From Octopus sinensis (lineage: Eukaryota), in assembly GCF_006345805.1 (NCBI RefSeq), contig NC_042997.1, forward strand, positions 191,952,001 to 192,016,000: DNA of 64,000 nucleotides. Reading direction: 5' to 3'. The notes under the pieces are model-generated. The model was given only the letters and a program-made list of their open reading frames with translations, was not told the DNA's origin and did no database searches. Position 1 is the stretch's first letter. Every line of letters starts with the position of its first letter. Below are positions 1 to 12,625 of the stretch, piece by piece. The position numbers and the translations under genes are program-made.

Positions 1-315
1 AATTAATTGGCACTCTGACGAGAATTCCCGTTGATGCGATCAACGGAACAGCCTGCTCATGAAATTAACGTGCAAGTCGCTGAGCAAACTACAGACACGT
101 CTATCCTTAACGTAGTTCTCAGGGAGATTCAGCGTGACACAGAACGTGACAAAACTGGCCCTTTGAAACACAGATACTTCTCATTTTTGCCAGCTGAGTG
201 AACTGGAGCAACATGAAGTGAAGTGTCCTGCTCAAGGGCGCGAAGTGCCGCTGGGAATTGCATTCACGATCTTACGACCATGAGCCGAATTCATAACCAC
301 TAAACCACGTGCTTT
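1..315 (-). mobile_element. tRNA-derived SINE (long-body family, also at 40490, 47326 and 48352), cut by the window edge
   Basis: Reverse complement has a tRNA-like head (cacgtggtttagtggtt...gaatgcaattccc) and the shared core ttcacttcatgttgctccagttcactcagctggcaaaaatgag. Confidence 0.75.
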
Positions 316-329
316 CTTTAAGTGTATCG

Positions 330-1060
330 ATTGTTATTGATATAATGTGAATTTATGATCTGAGTACAGAAGCTGAATATTCCGTAGTAGTTGTCCATAG
401 TTATCCTTTTTCTTTCGATTTTCAAAGATGTCTTAATATTATCAAGAAAGCTGACCTTTATGACGGTACATACTTTGTCCTGTCTGTCCCAAACACAGAT
501 TTCCGCCTTGTTATATTTCCACTTAGAAGTTTTGATGGAAATATTCTTCTAATTAATAAAATGGCGATTCTCTAGATTTATCCCAGCACAGCCTTTTTTT
601 CCCCCGGATATTCGGGGACTAGAAAATATCAGGCTTGCAGGCAACACTTCATCGTTGATGCTAAAATTCATACACTTGCCAAGCACTTCCTGCATTCAAT
701 CTTCAATGTCTGCAACAATTTTCTGAAAGCTGCTCTTGGAATAAACTCAGATAACAAGAAGACCGGTGAAGCGAACTATTGATGTGAATCTGAACTCCAG
801 TGAAATATCCTCAAAGTTTCAAATTTAATGGAAGAGCTCAATGAGTCTGAAATAAGGTAAAGAAGCCTTTCTTGTAGACTTCGGTTGGAATTGAGTTAGA
901 TCTTGGAATTTCTTTACCACATCCTCAAGACATACTAAGAAGTGCACAAACCCTGTCACTTTTTCAAAAGACAACAGTGAACCTATATTTTCTTCTTCTT
1001 CATTAGAGTATTCTTTGGGACCAATACGTCCAAAGTATATATTTTGATCACGAATATTTG
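330..1060 (-). pseudogene. Degenerate restriction-like-endonuclease (RLE) non-LTR retrotransposon relic
   Basis: Manual minus-strand translation across frameshifts gives KYNKAEICVWDRQDKVCTVIKVS...EKDNYGQLLRNIQLLYSDHKF. This matches the PD-(D/E)xK region and the similar relic at 9326-9600. Confidence 0.55.
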
Positions 1061-1293
1061 ATTATAAATGAAATATGTAGGTATAAACTTTTACAAGGAT
1101 GATGGTTGACAGTAACTTCGAAGTTTCAACTTACCCTCTTTCAACAGGGTGTTTGAAGACGAGTAAGCCGAAGCTCAAGGTCACTGCCAAAAATTTCCTT
1201 ATAAAGTTAATAAATAAGCACTCTACGATAAAGCATTATGTAATATTTCAGTCTAATGTTAAATGTTTTATATATAACTTGACATAAAAACAT

Positions 1294-1295
1294 TG

Positions 1296-1380
<85 letters not shown>
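1294..1380. repeat. (TA)n-(GA)n compound microsatellite
   Basis: Direct reading. Confidence 0.95.
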
Positions 1381-1382
<2 letters not shown>

Positions 1383-1404
1383 AACGTGTACGTACGCCGC
1401 TATA

Positions 1405-1712
1405 TCTTTATATATAAAACTGAAGTTGTGTGTGTCAGAGTCTGTCTCCTCCGATTTAGATTCCTAACTACTCCCACATTTTGCGGTGCAGTTTAACCAA
1501 AAGCGGGTATCTTATAGTCGGGATTCGTATCGAACCCTTCTGGGTATTAGCGCGCGTCTACGATGAGTCTACGATTTTAAAAAAATTTACCATCATTTTT
1601 TTTTTTTTTTAATGCATTTTGTGCTCGGTTTATATAAGGGAAGTAACTCTCTAAAAATGCTTATATAGTTATTTCCCTTACAAACCCGAGCAACGCCGGG
1701 CGATACTGCTAG
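1405..1712 (+). mobile_element. Non-autonomous Helitron (family H1)
   Basis: Starts a|TCTTTATATATAAAA, ends with hairpin CCCGAGC-AAC-GCCGGG then CTAG|t. Inserted between A and T with no TSD. Near-identical copy at 10710-11011. Confidence 0.85.
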
Positions 1713-2029
1713 TGTTTTATATATAAAAAATACAAAATGCGACAAGAACGCAAAACATCCAGACAGTTAGGTGACACAAAAAAAGGGACAACAAAACATC
1801 CAGATAGACGATACAAAGAAAAAAAGGAAAGGTCATTCGGAGTTTTCTTTCTTTAGTCGAGTTCCAGATTATATTTGCAATTTCGGCTGGTTATACTCGA
1901 GATTGCTCCAATCTGGCCAGCCCCAGTCCTTGTTTTCGTATACATTCGCTGCTTTCTTCCAAGGAATCTAATGCTCTTAGCTTAGTTTTTCCTTGGCGAA
2001 ACAAAGGGAAAGAAACAAAAGCAGGAGAT

Positions 2030-2304
2030 GTCCTGAATCGGATGCTCATGTGAATACAGACGGAATAAAACAAGTATTGCGTAAATCGGACTACGGGTTA
2101 TCGAGATACGCGGTTTTCGGGTACCTTTATAAATAGCCAAACCAGCGAATAATGGGGAAATGCTTTGAAAGTAAGGTACCATTGAAATGTGAATACACGC
2201 GGAATAACAGAAGTTTCACGTAAATCGGAACACGGATTCCCAAGATACGCGGTTTTTTCGGATACCTTGTACTATTGGTGACCCAACAGGTCACAGGTAG
2301 TCTA

Positions 2305-2305
<1 letters not shown>
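2030..2305 (+). mobile_element. Helitron 3' portion with an internal diverged direct repeat (5' end not defined)
   Basis: Hairpin GTGACC-CAACA-GGTCAC (2278-2294) then CTAG|t (2302-2305). Two diverged ~80-bp units at about 2049 and 2188. Confidence 0.5.
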
Positions 2306-2338
<33 letters not shown>

Positions 2339-2404
2339 TTGATAAGTGCCAATCCACAAAACACTCAGCACTTGAGTCATTCTGTTACTTCTGATATATA
2401 TCTG

Positions 2405-2407
<3 letters not shown>

Positions 2408-2435
<28 letters not shown>

Positions 2436-2840
2436 TTATCTTTTACTTGTTTCAGTCATTTGACTGTGGCCATGCTGGAGCACCACCTTTAGTCGAGCAA
2501 ATCGACCCAGGACTTATTCTTTGTAAGCCTAGTACTTATTCTATCGGTCTCTTTTGCCGAACCGCTAAGTTACGGGGACATAAACACACCAGCATCGGTT
2601 GTCAAGCGACGTTGGGGGGACAAACACAGACACACAAACACAAACACGCACACATATATGTATATATACCTATACGACGGGCTTCTTTCAGTTTCCGTCT
2701 ACCAAATCCACTCACAAGGCTTTGGTTGGCCAGAGGCTATAGTAGAAGACACTTGGCCAAGGTGCCACGCAGTGGGACTGAACCCGGAACCATTTGGTTG
2801 GTAAGCAGGCTACTAACCACACAGCCACTCCTGCTCCTAT
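2408..2840 (-). mobile_element. tRNA-derived SINE family B
   Basis: Head ggagtggctgtgtggttagtagc...gggttcagtcccact, internal microsatellite, tail ...gactgaaacaagtaaaaga. Many copies in the window. Confidence 0.85.
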
Positions 2841-3519
2841 ATACATATTTATATAATTCTTCTCATAAAGTGGGGGAGACTTTTTGGGCAGTTTTTTCAC
2901 ATCAAGAAACACATCACATTCTCAACATTTTACGAAAAAAAGTGTCGTATATTTTTTACTGTTGGCGTTCTTACTTCTCTTCACTTGGAAACATCAACTT
3001 TTTATGACTATTGCTTAAACATTTGGTAAAATAACAAATTGTGCCAATGATTAGAGAAACAAGTGTGCGTATATAATTTTAGAGCAGTTATAAAAGTCTC
3101 TTTCTCAGCGGTTTTCATTGCTTTAACCGAATTGGTAAGAAAATCGTTTTACAACCATGAAGTTTCAGGTTCGATTTCAGTGCGTAGCGTTTTGAGCGTA
3201 TGTAATTTTTTTTTTTAATACCCTAAGATCGATTTATATCGTGTGAATGGATCTGAGGAGATTGAATTGTCCCACAGTTCGTCGGATATTTTTTTGTACC
3301 TGTAATTTAAAGGTATACCGTGTCACATTGATTCTGCCTGAGCGTTACGTTAAGTGTACATCTGTCTGCGGAATACTCAGTCGCTTGTACGTGAATTCAA
3401 TGAGAAGTTAATTTAGTTGATCGAACAACGGAATCTGCATAGTCGAAACCGACCGGGATGCATTCGTCCCTCCTCTCTCCCGTCCGCCATCCCCTTCTTC
3501 CCCCCGTCCATCCATCTAA

Positions 3520-3675
3520 GTGTGTACGCATGCATGTATGTGTACAAAACTATATGTATGAACGTGTTCGTATGTGTGTGTGTGTGTGGATATCTGAATA
3601 TATGAATAAATGTATTTATGTACGTATGTATAGTGCATTTGTGTATGCATGTATGTCTCCCTGTTCCCTCTCCCC

Positions 3676-3729
<54 letters not shown>

Positions 3730-4040
3730 ATCTATCTATCTATCTACCTGTCTGTCTGTTTGTCTGTCTGCTGGTCTGTTTGTCTGTCTATCTGTCTGTC
3801 TGTCTGTGTTTGTCTGTCTATCTGTTTGTCTGTCTGCTGGTCTGTTTGTCTGTCTGTTTATCTGTGTGTCTGTCGGTTTGTCTGTCTATCTGTTTGTCTG
3901 CTGGTCTGTTTGTCTGTCTATCTGTGTGTCTTAGTGTCTGTCTGTCTGTGTGTCTGTCTGTCTGTCTATCTGTTTGCCTGTCTGCTGGTCTGTTTGTCTG
4001 TCTGTTTATCTGTGCGCCTGTCAGTCGGTTTCTCTATCTA
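3520..4040. repeat. Compound (TATC)n/(TCTG)n microsatellite
   Basis: Direct reading. It accounts for the low-complexity ORFs at 3458-4128. Confidence 0.95.
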
Positions 4041-4458
4041 CCATCTATGTGTGTGGCTGACGTTAAAAAAAAAAAATAGACAAACAAATAAACAGAAAAA
4101 CAAAAATTACACAAGCAAAAGGAAATAACGCAAGTGTAAAAATTCGTCGGTGGTTATCTGGTTTATTATTAGCATCAAGTATTCTTCTTCTAGGGTGGGG
4201 ATTGGTAGTTTGATATGCTTGACCGGCAGTATCAGCTCATCTTAATAGACTTTTGGCTCGATACACTAACCAAAGAGTTTGAATGGTGAAATAGTTATTA
4301 TCTATTTTTTTATTTGTCTATTCATCCACCTCGTCGTTATGTTTCGATGTATATGTCTGCATGCATGTTCACGCTTGTGTGTTTTTCTTTATCTATGTAT
4401 ACGTATGTGTGTAAACATTCACGGGTTTTACATTCACATACTTGAATATATAAAAGAA

Positions 4459-4851
4459 CAAGCAGTATCGCCCGGCGTTGCTCGGGTTTGTTTCAACCCT
4501 TTAGAATTGGAATTTTTGAAAAGTAAAAATTTTGCATTATGGAGCTTGTTATTCTCTTTAAGTGAACATTTTTCTGGTTGAAATACACCGAAAAATGGCG
4601 ACACAACAGTAAAAAAATCGTAAAAAATGGGGATTTTCATGGAAAAAAAAAAAGCACCTTTTTGATGTAAATAATTTTTGGTGTTGACGTGGTCCGATTT
4701 GAAGTTTTTCTTCTCCGGAAGGAAGAGCAAGCCTTCTTCTATCATACTCTCAATTTTGATCAACTTGCACGCGTGGTCTCGGAGGAGATAGTGTTAGTTG
4801 AAGGCTACCAAACCTGCCATACACAGACAACTTCAGCTTTATTTATATAGA
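4459..4851 (-). mobile_element. Non-autonomous Helitron (H1-related, longer subfamily)
   Basis: Same terminal hairpin (gcagtatcgcccggcgttgctcggg) with a mutated CTAG. Homologous to 49306-49698. Confidence 0.75.
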
Positions 4852-4856
4852 GACAT

Positions 4857-5430
4857 AGAGGGTGTTCGGGCTAAATTTGACAGTTTGCATGAGAAGAAAA
4901 GAAAGCTCAATATCCCATCCAAAATAAAAAAGTATTTTCAAAGAATCAAAAAATATCAACTAGATTATGGCTGGGGCATAACAGTAGCCGCTCTAAGCTT
5001 CCACCACTGCCTCATGATGGCTCAAGAACTTGGCGCATGCCTTCCTCGCTGTATCCCTGGAAAAATCTTCGAACACCTCCTTGATCCTGGCCACTGACTC
5101 GGGATTGGTGTTTTGAAGGCGGAACGTTTGGTGTCTTTCTGAATCGCGCCCCACGCATAATAATCTATGGGATTACCATCAGGGTGGCGGGGGGATTAGG
5201 AGCCCAGAAATTGGTGTTGGTGAAGTTGATGAAAAGGTTAAAAAAAAAAAGGAAAAACCGGCGGGACGAACCAAATTTTGGTACAAGGGAGGGGTTAAAT
5301 TCTCCGATAACCACCTCTGACTCTTTGCGTATACATGACAAGGAGCCGAATCCTGCTGCCACATATATGGCCTTTCAACCGCAATCCTCTGTAGCCAGGG
5401 TTTGATCACAGTCTCCAGCAGCTTCACAAA
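4857..5430 (-). pseudogene. Tc1/mariner-superfamily transposase relic, maT/DD37D-like, C-terminal half plus one TIR
   Basis: KPWLQRIAVERPYMWQQDSAPCH...SQRWLSEN, then frameshifted FWAPN..P.DYYAWG...ACAKFLSHHEAVVEA. TIR-like ta-gagggtgttcgg at about 4856. Confidence 0.7.
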
Positions 5431-5499
5431 TCCATCTGAATTGACTCTAAGGACCTGTTCAAAGATGTGGTGATGAATTCCGGCGTGCAGATGTAGTTA

Positions 5500-5808
5500 G
5501 AATGCCTGCTGTCCATGTCATGTCTTACAATTGGTTGTTCCTTTTCGAGCCATGCCGGGCTCATAAGGGCCGGTTTCCCGGTTTCCTTGGCGTATAGGTT
5601 CCCCACCTGGACGGGACGCCGGTGAGCTGCAAAAGTGAGAGAAAGTTGTGACGAAGGAGTCAGCAGTAGTTCGCCATTACCTTCTGTTGGAGCCGTGTGA
5701 AGCTTAGGTGTTTCGCTCATAAACACACACATCGGCCGGTCTGAGATTCGAACCCGCGATCCCTCGACCGCTAGTCCGCTGCTCTCACCACTAGGCCATG
5801 TGCCTCCG
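5500..5808 (-). mobile_element. tRNA-derived SINE family D
   Basis: Head ggaggcacatggcctagtgg...gggttcgaatctc. Related copies at 33670-33912 and 54560-54715. Confidence 0.8.
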
Positions 5809-5814
5809 AATAAA

Positions 5815-6064
5815 TACGCCCTTTTTAAAGCCTAGCCAGGCTCATGGGCCCGGTTTTCCGGTTTCAATGGTGTACGTGTTCCCCAGCTGGACGGGACGCC
5901 AGTCCATCGCGGCGTTACTCATTTTTGCCAGCTGAGTGGACTGGAGCAACGTGAAATGAAGTGCTTTGCTCAAGAACACAACACGTCGCCCGGTCCAGAA
6001 ATCGAAACCACAATCTTACGATCATGGTGCTGACACCCTAACCACTAAGCCACGCGCCTCCACT
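5815..6064 (-). mobile_element. tRNA-derived SINE family C
   Basis: Near-identical to 12893-13178 and 52757-53015. Confidence 0.85.
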
Positions 6065-6599
6065 ATGTCTTACAATCTTTTACAATGTTCACAGAGCATT
6101 GAGCAACAGCCCTGATGTCGCCATTTTGATACCCGACGGGAATCATCATGATAGAAATAAATCTTTTCTAATATTCAGGGAGCTTCGAATTCTCCATATC
6201 AGTTAACTTTTTCTTGTGCACAACTTTAAACTTTATGCTCTCCAACGCCGTTGACTGTTCACCAATATATTAAGTTGTCCCTCAAAATAAATAAAACAAA
6301 ATAGAAAAGACAAAATTAGCGTCAAATTTAGCCCTAACACCCAGTATGTATATCAAAACAGATGCAACTGTCTATCTATCATGGCGACCTCACATTTTCC
6401 ACATCCTTAACATTGTATCACGATGTCTGACTTTTCTTTTTTAAGTAGAAAAAAATTTCACCAAGAACAACTTATCTTTTCACAAAGTACTTACACACGT
6501 CCTACGCCAGAGATGCTCCCAGATATTAGGTACAGTGCAGTTGCTACCATATATAGTTTAGATTATATATTATCACCCACACTTACGAAAGACAAGTGT

Positions 6600-7390
<791 letters not shown>

Positions 7391-7766
7391 ATATGTATGT
7401 ATGTATAGAAAGAGAGAATGTAAATGGGTTATGGTTCACTACGGCATTTTTCAGACGCATTTTATATTGATGAATAATTATTACATAATGTAAACAACCG
7501 TTTTCTTCTGGGGAATTAAAAATTTAGATATTTAAATACAAGTTCGGAAAAAATACCAAGACGTGGAATGTGTACTGACTCCCACATTTTAGCAACAAAT
7601 AAGAGAGTGAAATCATACAGAATTTAAAGCCAGATTTCAGATGCGTATGGATCATAAAACAAACAACAGACCATGACAAACTAAATTATTTCTTTAAATA
7701 GATAACAAGAGGTACAACTTAGAGGAAAGTAGAGAGAAAGGATATATATATATATATGTATATATA

Positions 7767-8228
7767 CGAGCAGAACGCCCCCCCCTGTTCAATGGACGGT
7801 GCTGAGTTGTCAAACATTTAAACCAAGTTTTCTCAAAACAACTTGTCCGACCGTCCCATAGGCCTCCACTTTGAGAAACACTGATTGAACTTAAATTTAA
7901 GACACCAGCAAAAAAAGAAATAAAGATAGACTTTTTTCTATTCCAAAGAAAAACGATTATGTTCACACAAATATGCAACCGAAGAGTTTAAAGTGCCAGT
8001 AAGTACATCGCAACAGCTGATGTACTTGCGCGTACAAATGCATGTTCCTACGGCTTTATCGATCGCGTTCTCACCTGGAATCGATTTTTGTAATTTTTTC
8101 AAGACTTATATACGCCCTGATACCGTCGGTATCTACATATCAAATTTGAGCAGATTGGATGGAGGATGCCCGAGATCCTAGAAAACACACAGACAGACAG
8201 ACAGACAGAACGGATTTTATATAATAGA
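7767..8228 (-). mobile_element. Non-autonomous Helitron family H2, copy A
   Basis: Minus strand starts TCTATTATATAAAATCCG and ends with a ccgtcc-att-gaacagg hairpin then CTCG|t. Confidence 0.7.
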
Positions 8229-8778
8229 CGAGCAAAACGCCCCCCGTCCAATGGACGGTGCTGAATCATATCTGCTGAATAAAAAGCAATCAGTGTTTTC
8301 TTTTCATTAAAAAATAATTAAGCATGCCTTTATTTCAATAAAATTTTTGGTTTTGTTAAAGGAAGTTAAGGCAAAAAAAAAAGTCTTGAAAAACCAAATA
8401 GTCTTTCCTTCTTTCAGGCCAAGTTTGAAGAAAATATCTCTTTTGCATCTTACTTTTTTGATCTCTTAAATATACTGCATTTTGTGGCATTATTTCAAGT
8501 CGGCCGGCTTTTTTTCCCGCAAACTGCACGTGCATTTTACTCGCGTACGCGTAGTATCGATTGCAACAGCTGATGAACTTGCACGTAGAATTGCACGTTC
8601 ACACGGTTTTATCGATCGCATTCTCACCTGGAATCGATTTTTGTAATTTTTTCAAGACTTATACACGCCCTGATACCGTCGGTATCTACATATCAAATTT
8701 GAGCGCAATCGGATGGAGGATGCCCGAGATCCTAGACGACACACACACAGACAGACAGAACGGATTTTATATAATAGA
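8229..8778 (-). mobile_element. Non-autonomous Helitron family H2, copy B (head-to-tail with copy A)
   Basis: a|TCTATTATATAAAATCCG start, CCGTCC-ATT-GGACGG hairpin, CTCG end abutting the TC of copy A with no spacer. Confidence 0.7.
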
Positions 8779-8789
8779 TATTCTTTTCA

Positions 8790-8930
8790 TTATTTACATT
8801 TGACGGATATTTGTCCTCATCTTGTTTGTTGTTAACACAACGTCTCGGCTAATATACCCTCCAGCCTTTATCAGGGGTCTTGGGGAAATTTCGAACCTGG
8901 TTTCTCATTCCTAAGGTATTTTTCGATGTA

Positions 8931-9003
<73 letters not shown>

Positions 9004-9325
9004 TCACTTCCTGGAATCGAATTCGGAATCTTGGGTTTAGTAGCACGCGCTCTTAACCATTACGCTTTATGCCCGTGAATTTTAGGGCTCATAAATCTAA
9101 TATTTTCCTATCCTTCCTTAATACCGGTTCCCATAGGCTACTCATATCTGCATTCGGTCTGCTTAGGAGGTTGTTGTGTCCTAGCATGTGTGCTGCTTCT
9201 TTTAGTTTTCGTATTTTCCAGTGGTGTTCTCTATGTATTATTTTAACTTCATCCCACTGAGGAAGGTGGTCTCCATTTTTCCATATATGATCAGCTGTAC
9301 CCAATTTATCAATATCTCCTCATAT
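8790..9325 (-). mobile_element. 5'-truncated Penelope-like element: GIY-YIG C-terminus plus 3' UTR/pseudo-LTR
   Basis: ORF 9089-9304 (ADHIW...HLPQWDEVKIIHREHHWKIRKLKEAAHM...LSRP...SSLWEPVL) resembles the PLE endonuclease tail. It is followed by a tRNA-like segment, (AAT)n and a hammerhead-like motif. Confidence 0.75.
8834..8879 (-). ncRNA. Degenerate minimal hammerhead ribozyme (probably inactive copy of the 14181-14226 motif)
   Basis: CTGATAA-a-GGCTG..TAGCC-GAGA-CGTT. Core changes G8->A and A14->G, with helix I mismatches. Confidence 0.6.
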
Positions 9326-9600
9326 GCGAATTAAGGAGTTGCATTCTCATATCAAGAACCCAAGTTCAACAATACTCTGCTCCAGGCGGGTTGGTATATA
9401 TCCTGTTGCTCAAGTAATAATAGGTATAAAGCTGAAAGTGTATCATGGATACTGGATTTGCAAATTCCTTATCAGTGGTCCATAGGTGTGCTCTTTCTCC
9501 GGTGTTCTTCTGACCACATTGGTGTTCAGTGGGCATAATTTCTACAAAAAAAGCATACCTTTTTCGTGTGGTCCCAAACAACAATATCTGGCCAGTTGTT
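9326..9600 (-). pseudogene. RLE non-LTR retrotransposon endonuclease relic
   Basis: Frameshifted NNWPDIVVWDHTKKVCFF-VEI-CPLNTNV...EKEHTYGPLIRNLQIQYP..FSFIPIIT.ATGYIP. Confidence 0.7.
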
Positions 9601-9765
9601 TTTTAATATATATGTATGCATGTATATGTGCGTGTGTACATATATACAAAAAATTAAAATATATACACACATATATGTGTGTATTGATTGTTTGTCGTGT
9701 AATCTTGCTCGTGTTATTTGTATTTTTTATCTATCTATCTATTTATTTATTCACACACATACAAC

Positions 9766-9814
<49 letters not shown>

Positions 9815-9825
9815 CACACACACAC

Positions 9826-9866
<41 letters not shown>

Positions 9867-9905
9867 TATCTGTAAAAATAATATGTGACAATTACTCGGT
9901 AGCCA

Positions 9906-9968
9906 AGATAAAACTCTGAGTTTCGGATGACGAGGTGGAAATCCACACTACCATCTCTTCAGTTATCT
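9906..9968 (-). ncRNA. Minimal type-I hammerhead ribozyme in a ~170-bp element flanked by (TA)n
   Basis: AGATAA-CTGAAGA-GATG..GTGG ATTT CCAC..CATC c-GAA-ACTCAGAGT-T-TTATCT. Perfect 6-bp helix I, intact core, palindromic helix III, GUU cleavage triplet. Confidence 0.75.
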
Positions 9969-10035
9969 AATTCCTCTATTTACATAATATTGAGGTCGCT
10001 TTCTTTCTTTCTTTTGTTATCTTTCCGTTTTTACC

Positions 10036-10107
<72 letters not shown>

Positions 10108-10127
10108 CGATAGATAGATAGATAGAT

Positions 10128-10181
<54 letters not shown>

Positions 10182-10709
10182 CAGACAAACAGACAAACAT
10201 TTTATTTGTCTGTTTACTTATTTTCACACAAAATAATTTATGCCATAAGCTAAATTAATAACAGATACACACACACACACACAAACAAAAATGGAAGTCA
10301 AGTAGTTTGACGCAGAAAGCTGATACATTTAATCTTAGATAATCAAAGAGACAATATTGTTTGTGTTAGCTATGTTCCAAGTCTTAACTTACCAACGCAA
10401 CACTTACTACTTCCTTCTCCAACAACAACTTGTCTTTCATACCATCTTACCTAAACCCACACGACACATCGCCATCTTAATTTCCAAACTGTATAAAACC
10501 TTTTGCTCACTGTTTTCACACAAAGGCCTCCAGATGTAAAATCCTGCTCTCTCACTATTAAGATGCAACTGAAATGAAACCTAAACCACTTAGACCGGTG
10601 TTTCTCGATCATTTTCTACCTGTGAACTCCATTTGTTTCCCATTTTACTCGAATGAATTCTTATAATTATTCGATGTTTAAAAAATCTTATTATATTTTT
10701 ATAATTAAA

Positions 10710-11011
10710 CTAGCAGTATCGCCCGGCGTTGCTCGGGTTTGTAAGGGAAATAACTATATAAGCATTTTTAGAGAGTTACTTCCCTTATATAATAGCAAAA
10801 AATGCATTAAAAATGTGAGAAAATGATGGTTAATTTTATTTTAAATCGTAGACTCATCGTAGACGCGCGCTAATACCCAGAAGGGCTCGATATGAATCAC
10901 GACTATAAGATACCCGCTTTTGGTTAAACTGCACCGCAAAATGTGGGAGTAGTTAGGAATCTAAATCGTAGGAGACAGACACCCACACAACTTCACTTTT
11001 ATATATAAAGA
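10710..11011 (-). mobile_element. Non-autonomous Helitron H1
   Basis: TC...hairpin-CTAG termini with an A|T target. Near-identical to 1405-1712. Confidence 0.85.
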
Positions 11012-11344
11012 TATTATTTAGGAATTGTATTTAAAAATTGTTAAAAATGTTTTGTGTATTGTCGAAGTATAAGCAATTTATTGCAGATAAATTTTAGCAA
11101 CAAAATCTTATATGGACCCGCTTCAGAATCACAGACTTAGACGTATCTAATCCACTGGCGTAGCTAGAGTGTATATTGCCCAGGGCATCCCTCGTATTTG
11201 CCGTCCCCAGGATCCCATTCAGCAGGCCCAAAAGAGCTACCTCCATAAAAGCTTTACCCGGAACTGACCTCCACTCGCCTCCACTCAACGCTATGTTACT
11301 GACCTAACCCAACTATTTCAGTTGTCCAATATCTAAATCTTTGA

Positions 11345-11930
11345 AGGCGGTGAGCTGGCAGAAACGTTAGCACGTCGGGCGAAATGCTTAGCGGTATTTC
11401 GTCTGCCGCTACATTCTGAGTTCAAATTCCGCCGAGGTCTTTTTTTTCCTTTCATCCTTTCGGGGTTGATTGAATAAGTACTAGTTACGCGCTGGGGTCG
11501 ATATAATCGACTTAATCTGTTTGTCTATCCGTGTTTGTCCTCTCTGTGTTTAGCCTCTTGTGGATAGTAAAGAAATGTGTATTTCGTCTGTCTTTACGTT
11601 CTGAGTTCAAATTCCGCCGAGGTCGACTTTGCCTTTCATCCTTTCGGGGTCGATTAAATAAGTACCAGTTACGCACTGGGGTCGATATAATCGACTTAAT
11701 CCATTTGTCTGTCCTTGTTTGTCCCCTCTATGTTTAGCCCCTTGTGGGCAATAAAGAAATAAGAATAGTTACCACGACGGACAAAACGCTTAGCGGCATT
11801 TCGTACCCATCCCTTTACGTTCTAAGTTCAAATTCCGCCGAGGCCTCGATAAAATAATTACCAGTTGAACACTGGAATCGATCCAATCGACTTACTCACT
11901 TCCTCGAAATTACTGATCTTTGAAATCAAT
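11345..11930 (+). mobile_element. tRNA-derived SINE family A with 2 tandem 184-bp body units plus a partial third
   Basis: Head ggcggtgagctggcagaaacgttagc, B-box-like gagttcaaattcc, unit ends aataaagaaata. Confidence 0.85.
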
Positions 11931-12457
11931 ATTTAGATTTTTATCAAGAGATTCAGACCGCCACAAATTTATAGTCGACAAGGTATAGTTGATTCAAGCG
12001 CTAGCCGAATTTGTTACAAGTAAGATCTTTGAGAAAGTTGTTAAGGTGAAACAAAGCTGCTTTCAGGCCCCGGGAAGGGGTGGGTTTTCTCATAATTGAT
12101 GAGGAGGGTAGGATTTCATTTTGTTTTTAGGGAGTGAGCTCCTGGTTTATAATTATGGCCCTTTGGATCAGCGGATCTATGTTCCGACTGAACCCTTCTT
12201 TCTATAGACCTTGATTACTACTATTTATTCGAGCCAAAGTGGCAACCTTTACATGGTTGCTCACCCCTGCTAAAAATAGTTCTACACACTGAACATCTCA
12301 AAACAGAAAGGACACATTGGATAATGCTGTTTGTCCTGGGTACATTACGTGAAAAAAAATATAAAAGAAATGGTTATATCTGGAATGGCTTTGATCATAG
12401 GTCCAGTGGTATTGCGAGGAAGGGAACACGCACACATGCGTGCGCGTGCGCAAATAT

Positions 12458-12625
12458 GACGGGCTTCTTTAAGTTTCTGTCTACCAAATTCACTCACAAG
12501 GCCTTGGTCAACCAAGGCCATAGTATAAAACACTTGCCCAAGGTGCCATGCAGTGGGACTGAAATCGGAACCATGTGGTTGGGAAGCAAGTTTTTTTTAT
12601 CACACAGTAACACTTGCGCCTTAAA
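12458..12625 (-). mobile_element. SINE family B, 5' part
   Basis: Homology to other B copies. Confidence 0.7.

Noticed and set aside
1865-1935. Hammerhead-like relic on the minus strand (GGCTGG..CCAGCC-GAAA-TTGCAAAT)
   Set aside because: The CUGANGA core is missing (CTGGGG) and helix I does not pair. At best a dead relic.
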